In this document: piece after piece, positions 13,383-25,327 of the stretch
Numbering within the stretch: position 1 is the first letter of the stretch
Layout of the letters: every line of letters begins with the position of its first letter
Assembly: GCF_006345805.1 (NCBI RefSeq)
Contig: NC_043001.1
Location: 114,390,001-114,454,000 of the forward strand
DNA: 64,000 bases
DNA from: Octopus sinensis
Lineage: Eukaryota
Direction: 5' to 3'
The notes under the pieces: model-generated
The model's database searches: none
Told to the model about the DNA's origin: nothing
Seen by the model: the letters and a program-made list of their open reading frames with translations, nothing else
Program-made: the position numbers and the translations under genes

Positions 13383-13538
13383 GTCGTCCCCGTCATTTAG
13401 CGGTTCGGCAGAAGAGACCGATAGAATAAGTATTGGGCTTACACAGAATAAGTCCCGGGGTCGAGTTGCTCGACTAAAGGCGGTGCTCCAGCATGGCCGC
13501 AATCAACTGACTCAAACAATTAAAAGAGTAAAAGAGTA
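13383..13538 (+). mobile_element. SINE family B, 3' part
   Basis: CGTCCCCGTCATTTAGCGGTTCGGC...GGCGGTGCTCCAGCATGGCCGC...TAAAAGAGTAAAAGAG. Confidence 0.82.
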
Positions 13539-14314
13539 TATAAACGCACACATACACATACGTGCAGGCATATATATTATATCTACATGTGTGTGTGTTT
13601 GCGTGTGTCTCGTTTGTGTTTGTGTGTGTAAAACGTAGGATTACAATTCCAGCTTACATCTTTCCTTTACTCAGATCTGTATATCCTTATTGACATTGTT
13701 TTTAGACGGGGATATATTAGAGAAATGATCCGCATTCTTACTCAATATGAGACTTGATATAATAAGCAGTGTTTTTCCATGTCTTTGTCGTATATTTGAA
13801 GACCAATAACCAAACTATATCTGATATAATATCTTCATACCTTACCGCTTTTAATTTTCTTCTAAAAGCGAAGACATTCATCAAATTGATTGGACGTGTT
13901 GTTGAATGCATTTAGATTGAATTATTTGGCAAAATTTCGTTTTTGTACCTTATATAAGTACACTTCACTTTCTTCATAGCGTTTCACATACTTCAGGCAC
14001 TATTGTAAATTTAACCACAAATATAATAAGGCATAACTTAATTAAAATATCTAAAAAATTTCAACTGCAACGGTGTTAAAATAGTTACATTTTTTTCAGA
14101 CAATATAGGATCTCAGCTATTGAGTTTTGTATATGAGTCATAACCGATATGAAGATATCCCAAATTGAAAGGATATACAGACATACATCCGATCAAATTT
14201 TGACTGAGAAATATCATTGTTGATATGATTGAAATGATACAATTCGTCTACATTGAAATGATTCGATATGCACAAGAGAGTCTTAGAATGAAGCACAATT
14301 TCACATATTTCTTG

Positions 14315-14510
14315 AAGTACATCTGGAACCTACATGTTCAAGGTACAAAGTTGGAGTGCTGTGACAAAGGCAAAAGAAAAATGCAGAGGGTAGGAGCAAG
14401 TGCAATTTATGCCTTAAGGAAAAGCTTGAAATCATTTTCTGTCTCAATATATCTTAAACAAAAGGAAATATCTGTCTCCAAACAAAAATCCTGCAAACAT
14501 CAAGTTTTCA
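14315..14510 (+). pseudogene. Decayed C-terminal endonuclease/Zn-finger tail of a second PLE lineage
   Basis: Across frameshifts: KYIWNL, WSAVTKAK, KCNLCLKEKLEII, NKR, SCKH. This order matches a PLE GIY-YIG C-terminus as I recall it. Confidence 0.5.
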
Positions 14511-14659
14511 GAAACATCCTTGTAACAACAGCCCCGCCAAATATAGTTCTTCAAACTTAGCTTCTCCTCTGCCTTCTCTTCTTGAGCTTACTAATGTCTT
14601 TTCCCATGTTAATATACTCACAATGCACAATATCATCTCAAAAGAAAGGATACGGCTCT

Positions 14660-15202
14660 TTCGCGGATGTTACAGACTCATAAGGCTGATTTCCCGATTT
14701 CTGTGGTGTATATAAATCCCCCTCCACTTGGATGGGAGGCCGGTCCATCGCAGGGTTAGTAATTTTTGCTCGCTAAGTTGACCGCAATCTCAGACCGGGC
14801 GATGTGTGTGTTTATGAACGAAACACCAAAGCTCCACGCGCGCGTGTGTGTGTGTACGTGTGTGTGAGTTTGTGTGTGTGTGTGTGTGAGTTTGTGTGTG
14901 TACGTGTGTGTGAGTTTGTGTGAGTGTGTGTGTGAGTTTGTGTGTGTACGTGTGTGTGAGTTTGTGTCTGTGTGTGTGTGTGTGTGAGTGTGTGTGTGTG
15001 TCTGCGTTTGTGCTCTACCACAGCTTGACAACCGATTTTGGATTGTTTATGTCCCCGTAACTTAGCGGTTCGACAAGGTGACCGATAGAATAAGTGCTAG
15101 GGTTGGAGAAGTAAGTCCCGAGGTCAATTTGTTAGACTGAAGCGCTTCCAGGCGGTGTTCCAGCTAGCCGCTGTCCGATGATTGAAACAAGTAAAACAAA
15201 AT
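14660..15202. mobile_element. Composite of SINE fragments: minus-strand tail, H1-like body, (TG)n, family B tail
   Basis: Reverse-strand TAACCCTGCGATGGACCGGCCTCCCATCC; CAGACCGGGCGATGTGTGTGTTTATGAACGAAACACCAAAGCTCCACG; GCTTGACAACCGA...GAAACAAGTAAAAC. Confidence 0.6.
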
Positions 15203-15293
15203 AGACAATGTATGTATGTGTTTGTTTGTTTCAGAGTGTGTGTGTGTGTTTATAAAAGTATAATTCTACTGTATGCTCATGTTATGAGTGTAT

Positions 15294-15494
15294 ATTATCT
15301 TTACTACCCACAAGGGGCTAAACACAGAGAGGACAAACAAGGACAGACAAACGGATTAAGTCGATTATATGGTACTTATTTAATCGACCCCGAAAGGATG
15401 AAAGGCAAAGTCGACCGCGGCGGAACTCAGAACGAAATACTGCTAAGCATTTCGCCCGGCGTGTTAACGTTTCTGCCAGTTCGCCGCCTTATTT
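15294..15494 (-). mobile_element. SINE family A with 15-bp target-site duplication
   Basis: ATGTTATGAGTGTAT at 15279-15293 and 15495-15509 flanks a head-to-tail copy. Confidence 0.88.
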
Positions 15495-16008
15495 ATGTTA
15501 TGAGTGTATGTTTGCGTCCGAGTGCGCATGTAGATCTGGTTTTGTGTACGATCGAAGCAGACTCGCACACCCACAATGCGTGTTGTACGCATGGATGTTG
15601 ATTTCCATATTCCAGGCGCTGTATCAATAAACTGTCAAGTTACAAATATATGGTCAATACATGTTGGACACATTAATAGCTACCTTGCAATATGATTAAT
15701 GATGTAATGATAGCTATGATGAAGATGATGGGGATCAAGGCGGTGGATGTTATAACAATGGTAGTGTTGGTGAAGCGATGGTAACGATGGAGATGGTGAT
15801 GGGATTGTGGATAAGAATACTTTTTATATCATCACTATTAGTATCTTCATAATTATTATCATTAATATTACGCTTGTTTTCTTTTTATTGATAATATTGT
15901 AGGTTATTAATAAAAACAATTCTGTAAAGAATTAATTTATACTGAATATAAAAAAATATAATACTAGTCATTATATTATTCTTCCTATAATTAGTAGTGT
16001 GTTTGTTA

Positions 16009-16523
16009 AGTCGGTGAGCTGGCAGAAACGTTAGCACGCCGGGCGAAATGCGTAGCCGTATTTCGTCTACCGTTACCTTCTGAGTTCAAATTCCGCCGTG
16101 GTCGATCTTGCTTTTCATCCCTTCGGGGTCAATTAAATAAGTACCAGTTGCTTAATCCGTTTGTCTGTCCTTGTTTGTCCCCTTGTGGGTAGAAAAGAAA
16201 TAGGTATTTCGTCTGTTCTTACCTTCTGAATTAAGATACTGCCCAGGTTGACTTTTTATTTCCCCCTTTCGGGTTGGAGTTATACTCAATCTCCGCAAAA
16301 ATTTAGGGCATTGCGCATATAGTAGAAAGGATTATTATTGTGGTTGTTATTGTTGCAAGGTAGCGAGCTGACAATCTTTAGCAAGCCAGACAAAATTTTA
16401 AGCGGCATTTCGCCACCTTTATGTTCTGAGTTCAAATTCCTCCGACGTTGATTTTGCCTTTCATCCTTTCGAGATAAATTAAATAAGTCTGGTACTTATT
16501 TCATTTATCTCGAAAGAATGAAA
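16009..16523 (+). mobile_element. Cluster of three SINE family A copies ending in a short fold-back
   Basis: Heads at ~16009 and ~16358, internal restart at ~16204; 16459-16488 is inverted at 16489-16523. Confidence 0.75.
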
Positions 16524-16973
16524 TTTGTGGGTAGCCCCGATATAGTTGGGAAGCAAACTTCTTACCGCAGATCCTCCTCTCAGCTTCGTATATATGCGTG
16601 TGTGTGCCTGTGTGTAGACGTCCATCAAAAGGACGGAGGTATCCGCTATAGGCTCACGCCAGTATAGCAGTACCGCGGGAACTCGGAAAAATACTGGTAC
16701 TCTTGATTGATTTTGTGATTTTTTTGTAAAGTTCAAGTTACTGTTTGTAGAGTACGCTGGAGGAATAAAGATAAAGTACATAACTCCTAAAACATGTCAG
16801 TCGATTTGCGTATGAACATTGTTTTATGGCATAATGTTTAATAATCTTACTCTTTCACATACGTATCTGTATGTGCGTGTGTATATATATATATATATGA
16901 GCATATATAACTGTGTGTGTATGAATATACATATATAGATACGTATATATATACATACGTATATATACATACG

Positions 16974-17005
<32 letters not shown>

Positions 17006-17208
17006 ATATATATATCGACTCATTTGAAACGCATATATGCGCATATTATATTAATTTTCATTTAAAAAATTTTTTTAAATATATGTCCCGGTTTGTTAGA
17101 CCACTTGGAAGGAATTCTTTCTATCTCAAAAGGAAAACGTACATATGTCCAAACCCTACTCACTTTAATCAATGTCACTCAAGTGAATTCATAACTACAA
17201 GAATACAG

Positions 17209-17590
17209 CTCTTTTACTCTTTTACTTGTTTCAGTCATTTGACTGCGGCCATGCTGGAGCACCGCCTTTAGTCGAGCAAATCGACCCCGGGACTTATTCT
17301 TTGTAAGCCAGTACTTATTCTATCAGTCTCTTTTGCGAACCGCTAAGTGACGGGGACGTAACGTAAACACACCAGCATCGTTGTCAAGCAATGCTAGGGG
17401 GACAAACACAGACACACAAACATATACCACACACTTATATATATATATACATATATACGACAGGCTTCTTTCAGTTTCCGTCTACCAAATCCACTCACAA
17501 GGCATTGGTCGGCCCAGATGCCACGCAGTGGGACTGAAACGGAACCATGTGGTTGGTTAGCAAGCTACTTACCACACATCCACTCCTGCG
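17209..17590 (-). mobile_element. SINE family B, near full length
   Basis: Reverse complement of 3841-4252 with a small internal deletion. Confidence 0.88.
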
Positions 17591-18009
17591 CCTATAGCTG
17601 TACATATAAATTTAAATTCTTAAGTGAAACTATATAGAGAAATTATTCCTCTACGTTATTCAGTTTTGAGGGCAAAACTGAGTAGATTTGGAATAACTGC
17701 AAACGATCTTGATTGGAAGGTTAGCCAAGTATTTGCCTCTTCCATTGCTGCTGCTCTTTAGGAGACAGCCAATATATAATCAATGCTGGTAGATAGACAA
17801 GATATAATCAATGCTGGTAGATAGACAAGATATGCACTTCAATGTAAACATATAGACGTACACACATAAACACACACACACATGCACGCACGCATGCACG
17901 CACACGCATACACACACACCCACAGCTATATATATAATTGAAAAAGTCGGAGTCAAATGGATGGAGTACAGAGGAATATTTATTTGTAACAGCTACACTT
18001 CTTTCCACG

Positions 18010-18283
18010 CAACTATGTCGAAACCCTTATGCTAGAAGATCCGCAATGGTCAACCACTAAGAATTGTTCTCCAGAAAATTTAGCACACCAGGAACGTAAG
18101 CGAGCAAGACAAATGAAAAATAACAAAAATGTGGTTCAATTGTTTGTGCTTAATCTATATTTTTGTTATTTTTCATTTGTCTTGCTCGCTTACGTTTCTG
18201 GTGTGCTAAATTTTCTGGAGAACAATTCTTAGAGGTTGAGATCATAGCAGATCTTCTTCTAGCATAGGGTTTCGACATAGTTG
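18010..18283. repeat. Near-perfect long hairpin (~120-bp arms, 28-nt loop)
   Basis: 18010-18130 versus 18159-18283 reverse complement, with few mismatches and indels. Confidence 0.85.
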
Positions 18284-18412
18284 TTAAAAAATTCCCTCTT
18301 ATACTTGTGTATGAAATACTGTTTACTGAATCTCAGTTTTTTTATATGCTAGAATTTATGTTAAAACTAATGTTATCAAATTAATATCCAATTTTTCACC
18401 CTCATTTTGATT

Positions 18413-18445
<33 letters not shown>

Positions 18446-19056
18446 CACGAGTGAACGAACAAGAGAAGGGCACTCAACCAATTTATTGGGATTTACATGG
18501 ATCAAAACGGTTTGATGCAAATTGGTTGGTACACTTGAGTTTAGGAATCAATTACGTTGTTGGAAGGAAGTAGAAAGGGGCGACATGAGGAAATATATAG
18601 TTCTATATGTGGGTGTACAGACGGGCTCATATAGTTTAGCGTGAATGTGTATATTGATGCGAGAATAATATGATATATGTATGTATGTTATTATAATTAT
18701 CAGTTTAATGAATAAATAGAGTTAATATTTTTAATGTCCTAAAGTTGATGAACCAACTATTGTGCCCCTCCATTTTCTTATTTACTATAAGAAACGTAGA
18801 GTAGATGAAACCATGACGACTGAAGAAGGGGTTTTTCTTTGTGTTAATTCTCCTGTACTCTGTATTTTTTTGTTGTTAAAAAAATGTCCAGTTCATTGGG
18901 TTTGTGCATATGTTTTCGTTTCTCATTGTGTTCGACGTTTTTTTGGTATCCTGTACTCATATATGCGTGTATATATACATGTAGAGGTTGGTACGTACAT
19001 ATCTGTATATATATATGCATATGTTTTATTTATTAATATATATATATATATATATA

Positions 19057-19112
<56 letters not shown>

Positions 19113-19748
19113 TTGTGTATATATATATAAATTAAGTGACCAACATAATCACCGATTGACATCGGCAGCCGAAGCGGCCGTAAGAAATGTTATGCAATGT
19201 TATATTATGCTTTGTATTAAAAATAATTAACTGACTTTGGTCAATTTGTTTGTTTGTTGATCATAGGTTTTCTCCATTTTCTGCTTGTGTGTGTGTTTGT
19301 GTGTGTTTGTGTGTGTGTGTGTGTGTGCGTGTGTGTGTATTACATACGCACAGTTAAGTGATCACGTAGACAAACGTTTACGCTCGGAAATGCACAAATC
19401 ATATATGTCTACACAAACATATACACTGCAGCGCACGCGCGAAGATTAAAACGTTTAAGCTGTCTACGAATGTGGGCGTCGAATCGACTACAGCGCATCA
19501 TCAAAAAGGTATATGGCAGTAGATTAATGAACGCCATATTAATGTTTTATATATCTCTCTGCATGTATATTCTTGTCAGTTTATATGTCTACATACACGC
19601 ACATACACATACACATACACATGCACACGCACTCACACACACAGATATATATATATATATAATATATAATATATATATACATATATATACATAGATATAT
19701 ATATATATGTATAGATATATAGATGTATGTATATATATAAGATGTATG

Positions 19749-19780
<32 letters not shown>

Positions 19781-20051
19781 CATAGATATAGTACATATAT
19801 ATATATGCGTGTGTGTGTGTATCTGTACATGCATATAATATATCCATATACTATATATATATTTATATACACGTATATATGTGTGCATATATATGTGTAT
19901 ACATATATATATAATATACATATATGATATATTCATATATTGTATATATGTATATATATAATTATATATATATATATATATTTAATAATATATACATATA
20001 TATAATAGATAGAATTATACATGTGTGTGTTGTGTGTCTGTGAGCGCGCGC

Positions 20052-20097
<46 letters not shown>

Positions 20098-20657
20098 TTC
20101 TAGATAACTTATATAAATATAGAGCGAAGAATAAATACACACTGCTGATATAAAGACCATATAACTGCATGAATTAAATTATTACAGAAACGGTCACGAA
20201 GAAACAAGTTACATAAGGATATGAAGAGGAAGTATATAGATTACATTCATAACCATACAGAGATTAGTGGAAGACTTATGACATATTGCATCATAATATG
20301 GAGTTTCGGTTTCGAAATATGAGATGATATCTTTTTTACGTTCTTAGCAATATTTGCAATATTCTGAAGTGTTGGACAGATGGCCATTAGCGGTATCAAA
20401 ATGAATAGGTTACAGAGGTGTTGCAAGAGATTATAAGAGAGCGGGAAAAAAAACTGAAAGGAAAAAGAGACCAAGAGAGATTAGTGATGAGAGGGAATAA
20501 TATATGAGAGTTATATTGCTGAATGTTACTAAAATGTAGGATTTATGATAATACATTTTGGTCCTACAATTTCGAAAGCATTAGAAACCGTACACAGATG
20601 CACGGCGTGCTACAACTGTGCGAATATACGAACACAAAATGGATTGTTAAATAGATA

Positions 20658-20697
<40 letters not shown>

Positions 20698-20895
20698 CGC
20701 CATGTTGATTCGCTAGCTTCTGCACGCATTTTCTTTCTCTCCTTGTTTCTTTCTGTGTATCTTTCTGTTGAAGAGCGTAGGCTCGAAAGGTAAGAGACTT
20801 GTTTCATATATATTCCTGAGCGCCATACTAATACAATTGTTTGTTTATATTCCACCTGCCTTCGTCTTTTGTTTACTTTCATAAAGCTTCCCGTT
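20698..20895 (+). mobile_element. ~195-bp solo pLTR-like unit with degenerate hammerhead motif
   Basis: Homologous to 52640-52832 and 60953-61149; CTTT-CTGTTGA-A-GAGC-GTAG-GCTC-GAA-AGGT-A at 20761-20793; (TA)n on both sides. Confidence 0.65.
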
Positions 20896-21759
20896 ATATA
20901 TATATATATATATATATAATATACACACATATATATATATATACATATATATGTACACAAACAGACACACACGTACATTTATATATATGATATATATATA
21001 TATATATATATATAATATGCATATATGTATTTTATATGCGATGACTATTCTTAATACGATTTTGTGCTTAGTCAGGAGAAAAACTCCTTTAAGATGAATT
21101 TGTATTTATAATACATTTTTTTTATTATAACAAGAAATCTCTTGGACCCAAGTGGTTCGACACCGTTATGTCTCCTCAGCCGAAGGCACTCGGGACTTGA
21201 TGATCTGACTAGAGTTCATGGCCCTTGTTTATAATTTCAGCAAACAACATTATTTGTTGACGTGCGCTGATACCTGCCAAACAATAGTAAATTATCATAA
21301 ACACAGTGAAGAGGAAGAGAGAGAGAGGGAGAGAGAAGGATAGGTTATGAGAAAGAGAGTCAAAGCGAAGTCATGCATATTTGTTTTTTATACGCTTCGA
21401 CAGCTTCGAACGTCAATATGCTAATTTTCCTCGTGGCTGTTGACACCATCATTGCTACAGCAAACATACAGTAACAACAGTAGCAATAAATAAGGTGCTA
21501 CAATATCACAAACAAGAGCAACAGCATAAACAATAGCACCAACGATAACATATACAACCACAGCAATATCAGTAGCCCAAAAATCAGCCTCCATTTCACC
21601 AGCAGGTGTAGCTGCGTTGGCCAGAAATAATACCTATATCAAAATAATCATTACCGAGGTGATATACCAACCTAAAACCTCTCTCTCTCTCTCTCTCTCT
21701 CTTCCTGTCTTCCCCCTATCTCTCTCTCTAACCTCATTCCTTCCCAACCCCAACCAACA

Positions 21760-22177
21760 TGCACAAATATGGACAAGACTGGTGTCGGTCGGATATTGTC
21801 ATATTGAATAAGAGATACAAATACTGTAAGATCAATGATGTAGCAATAGCAAATGACATGAATGTTGTGAGTAAAGCGATTGAAAAAAAAAACATCAATA
21901 CGCTGAATTAAATGTGGAAATGGAGAGACTGTATAGTGTTCGAGGCGGTAATGTACAAGTGATACCAGTGGTGATCGGAGCGTTGGGGTCAATACCATTG
22001 AAACTTCCAATCTTCTGAATGCAACTGGAAATCCCATGCAAGATTGTTGTCTTGCAAAAAGCAGCCTTCTTGGGCACAGCGCACATCATAAGGAAATTAT
22101 TATTGTTTGACGTCCTTGTTGTTACTTGATAGATGACTAATTACTGCGGTGCATTTTTACCTTCAGTGTTACGAAGG
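21760..22177 (+). mobile_element. R4/Dong-like RLE LINE, 3' fragment D1
   Basis: DIVILNKRYKYCKINDVAI...VQVIPVVIGALG...LQKAAFLGTAHIIRK; followed by (AAT)n. Confidence 0.75.
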
Positions 22178-22190
22178 AATAATAATAATG

Positions 22191-22243
<53 letters not shown>

Positions 22244-22273
22244 TAACAATAATAATAATAATGATGATGATGA

Positions 22274-22308
<35 letters not shown>

Positions 22309-22309
<1 letters not shown>

Positions 22310-23003
22310 GTATAGGTTCTCTTAATGCGATACAGTGCAGATGTTGTTAAGTGGACAATGACAGAGCTTGAGGAAATGGATACGAAAACCAGAAAAGTGG
22401 TGACAGTAAACAAGGAACCCTAAAAGGTATACTGACAGAGTGCATGTGTTTAGGAACAGTGGAGGAAGAAGAATCATAGGATGCAATATCTGTGATTGTA
22501 CATCAATATAAGGAATATAAGATAATATGGAATTTTACATTCTAATGTGACCCCCACCCTTCCTCGGAGGCCAGATATTGTTGTGGTACACAAAGAAGAA
22601 AAGGAAGCCAAGATTATAGATATTGCAACACCTAGGGATGCACGCATAAATGACAAAGAAGTAGAAAAAAATGAAAATTACAGACGAAATTACAAGAATG
22701 TGGACTATGAGGAAAGTGTCTGTCATTCCAGTAGTTGTAGGGGTACTTGGAGCACTAACAACCAGATTCAAGAAATATGTCAGAGAAATCGGAATTGGCA
22801 TGAGAGCAGAGTAAGCTCCCAAGACGACTCTGTTGGAGAATGCTAGGATTTTGAGATTATTGAATGACTCCCCCGATAATTAACAACCTAGTACCAAAGT
22901 GTATAATGTGCGGAATGAGATCTTGGGAGACCTCTTCCAGCAGCCTTCTGTCCGCTCTCACGGAATCTACCAGAGCAAACAAGATCAAGCTCCCTGAGAA
23001 ATA
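22309..23003 (+). mobile_element. R4/Dong-like RLE LINE fragment D2, internally deleted
   Basis: RT-thumb LMRYSADVVKWTMTELEEMDTKTRK joined to RLE RRPDIVVVHKEEKEAKIIDIATPRD...VIPVVVG; ends in (AAC)n(AAT)n. Confidence 0.78.
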
Positions 23004-23089
23004 CAGCAACAACAACAACAACAACAACAACAATAAAATGATGATAACAACAACAACAATAATAATAATATTAATAATAATAATAATAA

Positions 23090-23123
<34 letters not shown>

Positions 23124-23137
23124 GTAATAATAATAAT

Positions 23138-23321
23138 GGTTTCCAATTTTGCCTCAAAGTCAACTATTTTGAGTAGGGGATGAGTCAATTACATCGACCC
23201 CAGTGTTTCAATGTTTCTTAATTTATCGACCCAGAAAGAATGAAAGACAAAGTCGACCTTGGCGCCATTTGAGCTCAGAACATAGCCCCGTAAGCCGACG
23301 ATTCTGCCAGCTCCCCACCTT
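23138..23321 (-). mobile_element. SINE family A with alternative tail ending in (ATT)n
   Basis: Reverse strand GGGGAGCTGGCAGAATCG...GTCGACTTTGTCTTTCATTC...GCAAAATTGGAAACC-ATTATT. Confidence 0.75.
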
Positions 23322-23352
23322 ACAAAATATAATAATAATAATAATAGTAATA

Positions 23353-23389
<37 letters not shown>

Positions 23390-23439
23390 TGGTGATAATA
23401 ATAATAATGAAATAATAATGATGATAATAATAATAATAA

Positions 23440-24839
23440 GAGAGCAATACTCAAGACAGAGCTGAATGCGAGAATCAATGCATTAGCCATACCAGTCATG
23501 ACTTACAGTTTCAATATCGTTAAATGGTTAATTACTGAAATATGTCAGCTCGACAGAAAAATACGAAAACTGTTGACAATGCATAGAATGCACCACCCTA
23601 AGGCAGATACAGAACGACTTTATCTGCCAAGAAAAGAGGGAGGCCGTGGTCTTCTACAACTGGCAATAACAATGAAGATTGCTACAACTGGCCTAGACAC
23701 CTACCTGAAAAAGTCTGAGGACTGGATGTTAAAACTTGTCTCAAAATATGAAAACAAGAAAGCATCATACTCACTAACAAAACAGGCAAAGGAATATCGA
23801 AGTGAATTCCGTATACAACAAATTTCGGAATTAGAGATAAACCTACAAGAAACAAGCACAGAAAAAGCTAGGCGCATGAAAACCCGTGCCAAACAGCGGC
23901 CTTAGATATTCTGAATAATAAATGGCAAGAAAAACCTCTCTATGACAAATACCCAAAGAGAGCGAATAATGCAGATATTTACAAAGCCCTGACCCATCAA
24001 TGGCTAATGGCCTCTGGCTTAAAATCTGAAACAGAAGGGTTTATCATAGCAGCTCAAGATCAATGCCTACCAACAAGAAACTACCAGGCCAACATATTAA
24101 AGAACGGCAGTAGCCCAAAACGTCGTGTATGCTGACAACAAAATGAAACCATTGATAATGTTGTCTCCAAATGCAGTCTTCTAGCGCCTACAGAGTACCT
24201 CAACAGGCATGATAGAGCTGCACAATATATTCACTGGGTAATTTGCAAAAACCTGGATTTGCCCCATGAAAAAAACTAGTGGGAACACAATCCACCTGCA
24301 GTGCTTGAAAATGACCATTCAAACTGACAGAAAGATAGATGCAAACAGGCCAGACATCATATTGAAAGACTTCAGACAAAGAACATGCCTCCTCATTGAT
24401 ATGACTGTCCCAATCGATATAAACGTATCTGTCAGACCTACCAAAAACTGAGCAAATATAAAGATCTTGAAATAGAAATCAGCAAAATGTGGAACCTGAA
24501 GACTAAAACAATACCTGTTGTCATAGGTGCACTGGGAATGATAGCAAAAGGGGCTGATTGCTATCTAACTCAGATATCAGGAAACCCCAAAATGGCAGAA
24601 ATTCAAAAGATAATACACATGGGAACTGCTCATATTCTACGCAAAATACTTTCTATGTAATCTCAAGGTTTAAAACAAACATTTTTTTTTAGACATCCAC
24701 TAGTACAACACAAAAAACAACCAAATATATGGCACACTAGGCATAACAACAACGTGAACTTCCAACTTGTTGTCTCTTGAGGTCTCTGGGTGAGACTTGG
24801 AGCCAACTTGTACAAATATAAAGCAAAAGTCAAACAGAT
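23440..24839 (+). mobile_element. R4/Dong-like RLE LINE, 5'-truncated 1.4-kb copy D3 (RT thumb, CCHC knuckle, RLE, 3'UTR)
   Basis: HHPKADTERLYLPRKEGGRGLLQL; GLKSETEGFIIAAQDQ; RVC..ETIDNVVSKC; NRPDIILKD..LLIDMTVP; KYKDLEIEI; flanked by (TAA)n on both sides. Confidence 0.9.
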
Positions 24840-24858
24840 AATAATAATAATAATAATA

Positions 24859-24911
<53 letters not shown>

Positions 24912-24930
24912 TAATAATAATAATAATAAT

Positions 24931-25272
24931 AGACAACGTGTCTCTAAAAGAAATGGAGAAACTCTCAAAATACAAAGACTTGGAAATAGAGGTAACTAGA
25001 ATGTAGAATCTGAAAACAGAAACAATTCCTATCATAGTAGGTGCATATGGCATGATAAAAAATATTCAGACAAATACATAACAAAAACACCAGGACTTAC
25101 AAACACATATAACATACAAAAATTGCACTACTAGGTACTGCACACATCCTACGCAGAACACTTTCCATACAATAACCATCAGAGCATCACAACAAATCAC
25201 AGCACATACCCAAGGCACACAGAGCTGCGCTCGGTAGTGAAGTGAAAGCACACTATAAAAATAAAACTACTG
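24931..25272 (+). mobile_element. R4/Dong-like RLE LINE, short 3' fragment D4
   Basis: EKLSKYKDLEIEVTRM*NLKTETIPIIVGA...LLGTAHILRRTLS; own 3'UTR; (TAA)n on both sides. Confidence 0.85.
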
Positions 25273-25291
25273 AATAATAATAATAATAATA

Positions 25292-25327
<36 letters not shown>

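Larger units (their letters stand above)
22178..25326. repeat. (AAT/TAA)n microsatellite array broken by retroelement insertions
   Basis: Tracts at ~22178-22262, 23004-23137, 23322-23439, 24840-24930 and 25273-25326. Confidence 0.92.

Noticed and set aside
17774-17829. 28-bp perfect tandem duplication (also a 16-bp one near 28015)
   Set aside because: Two adjacent units with no spacers; ordinary slippage, not CRISPR-like.
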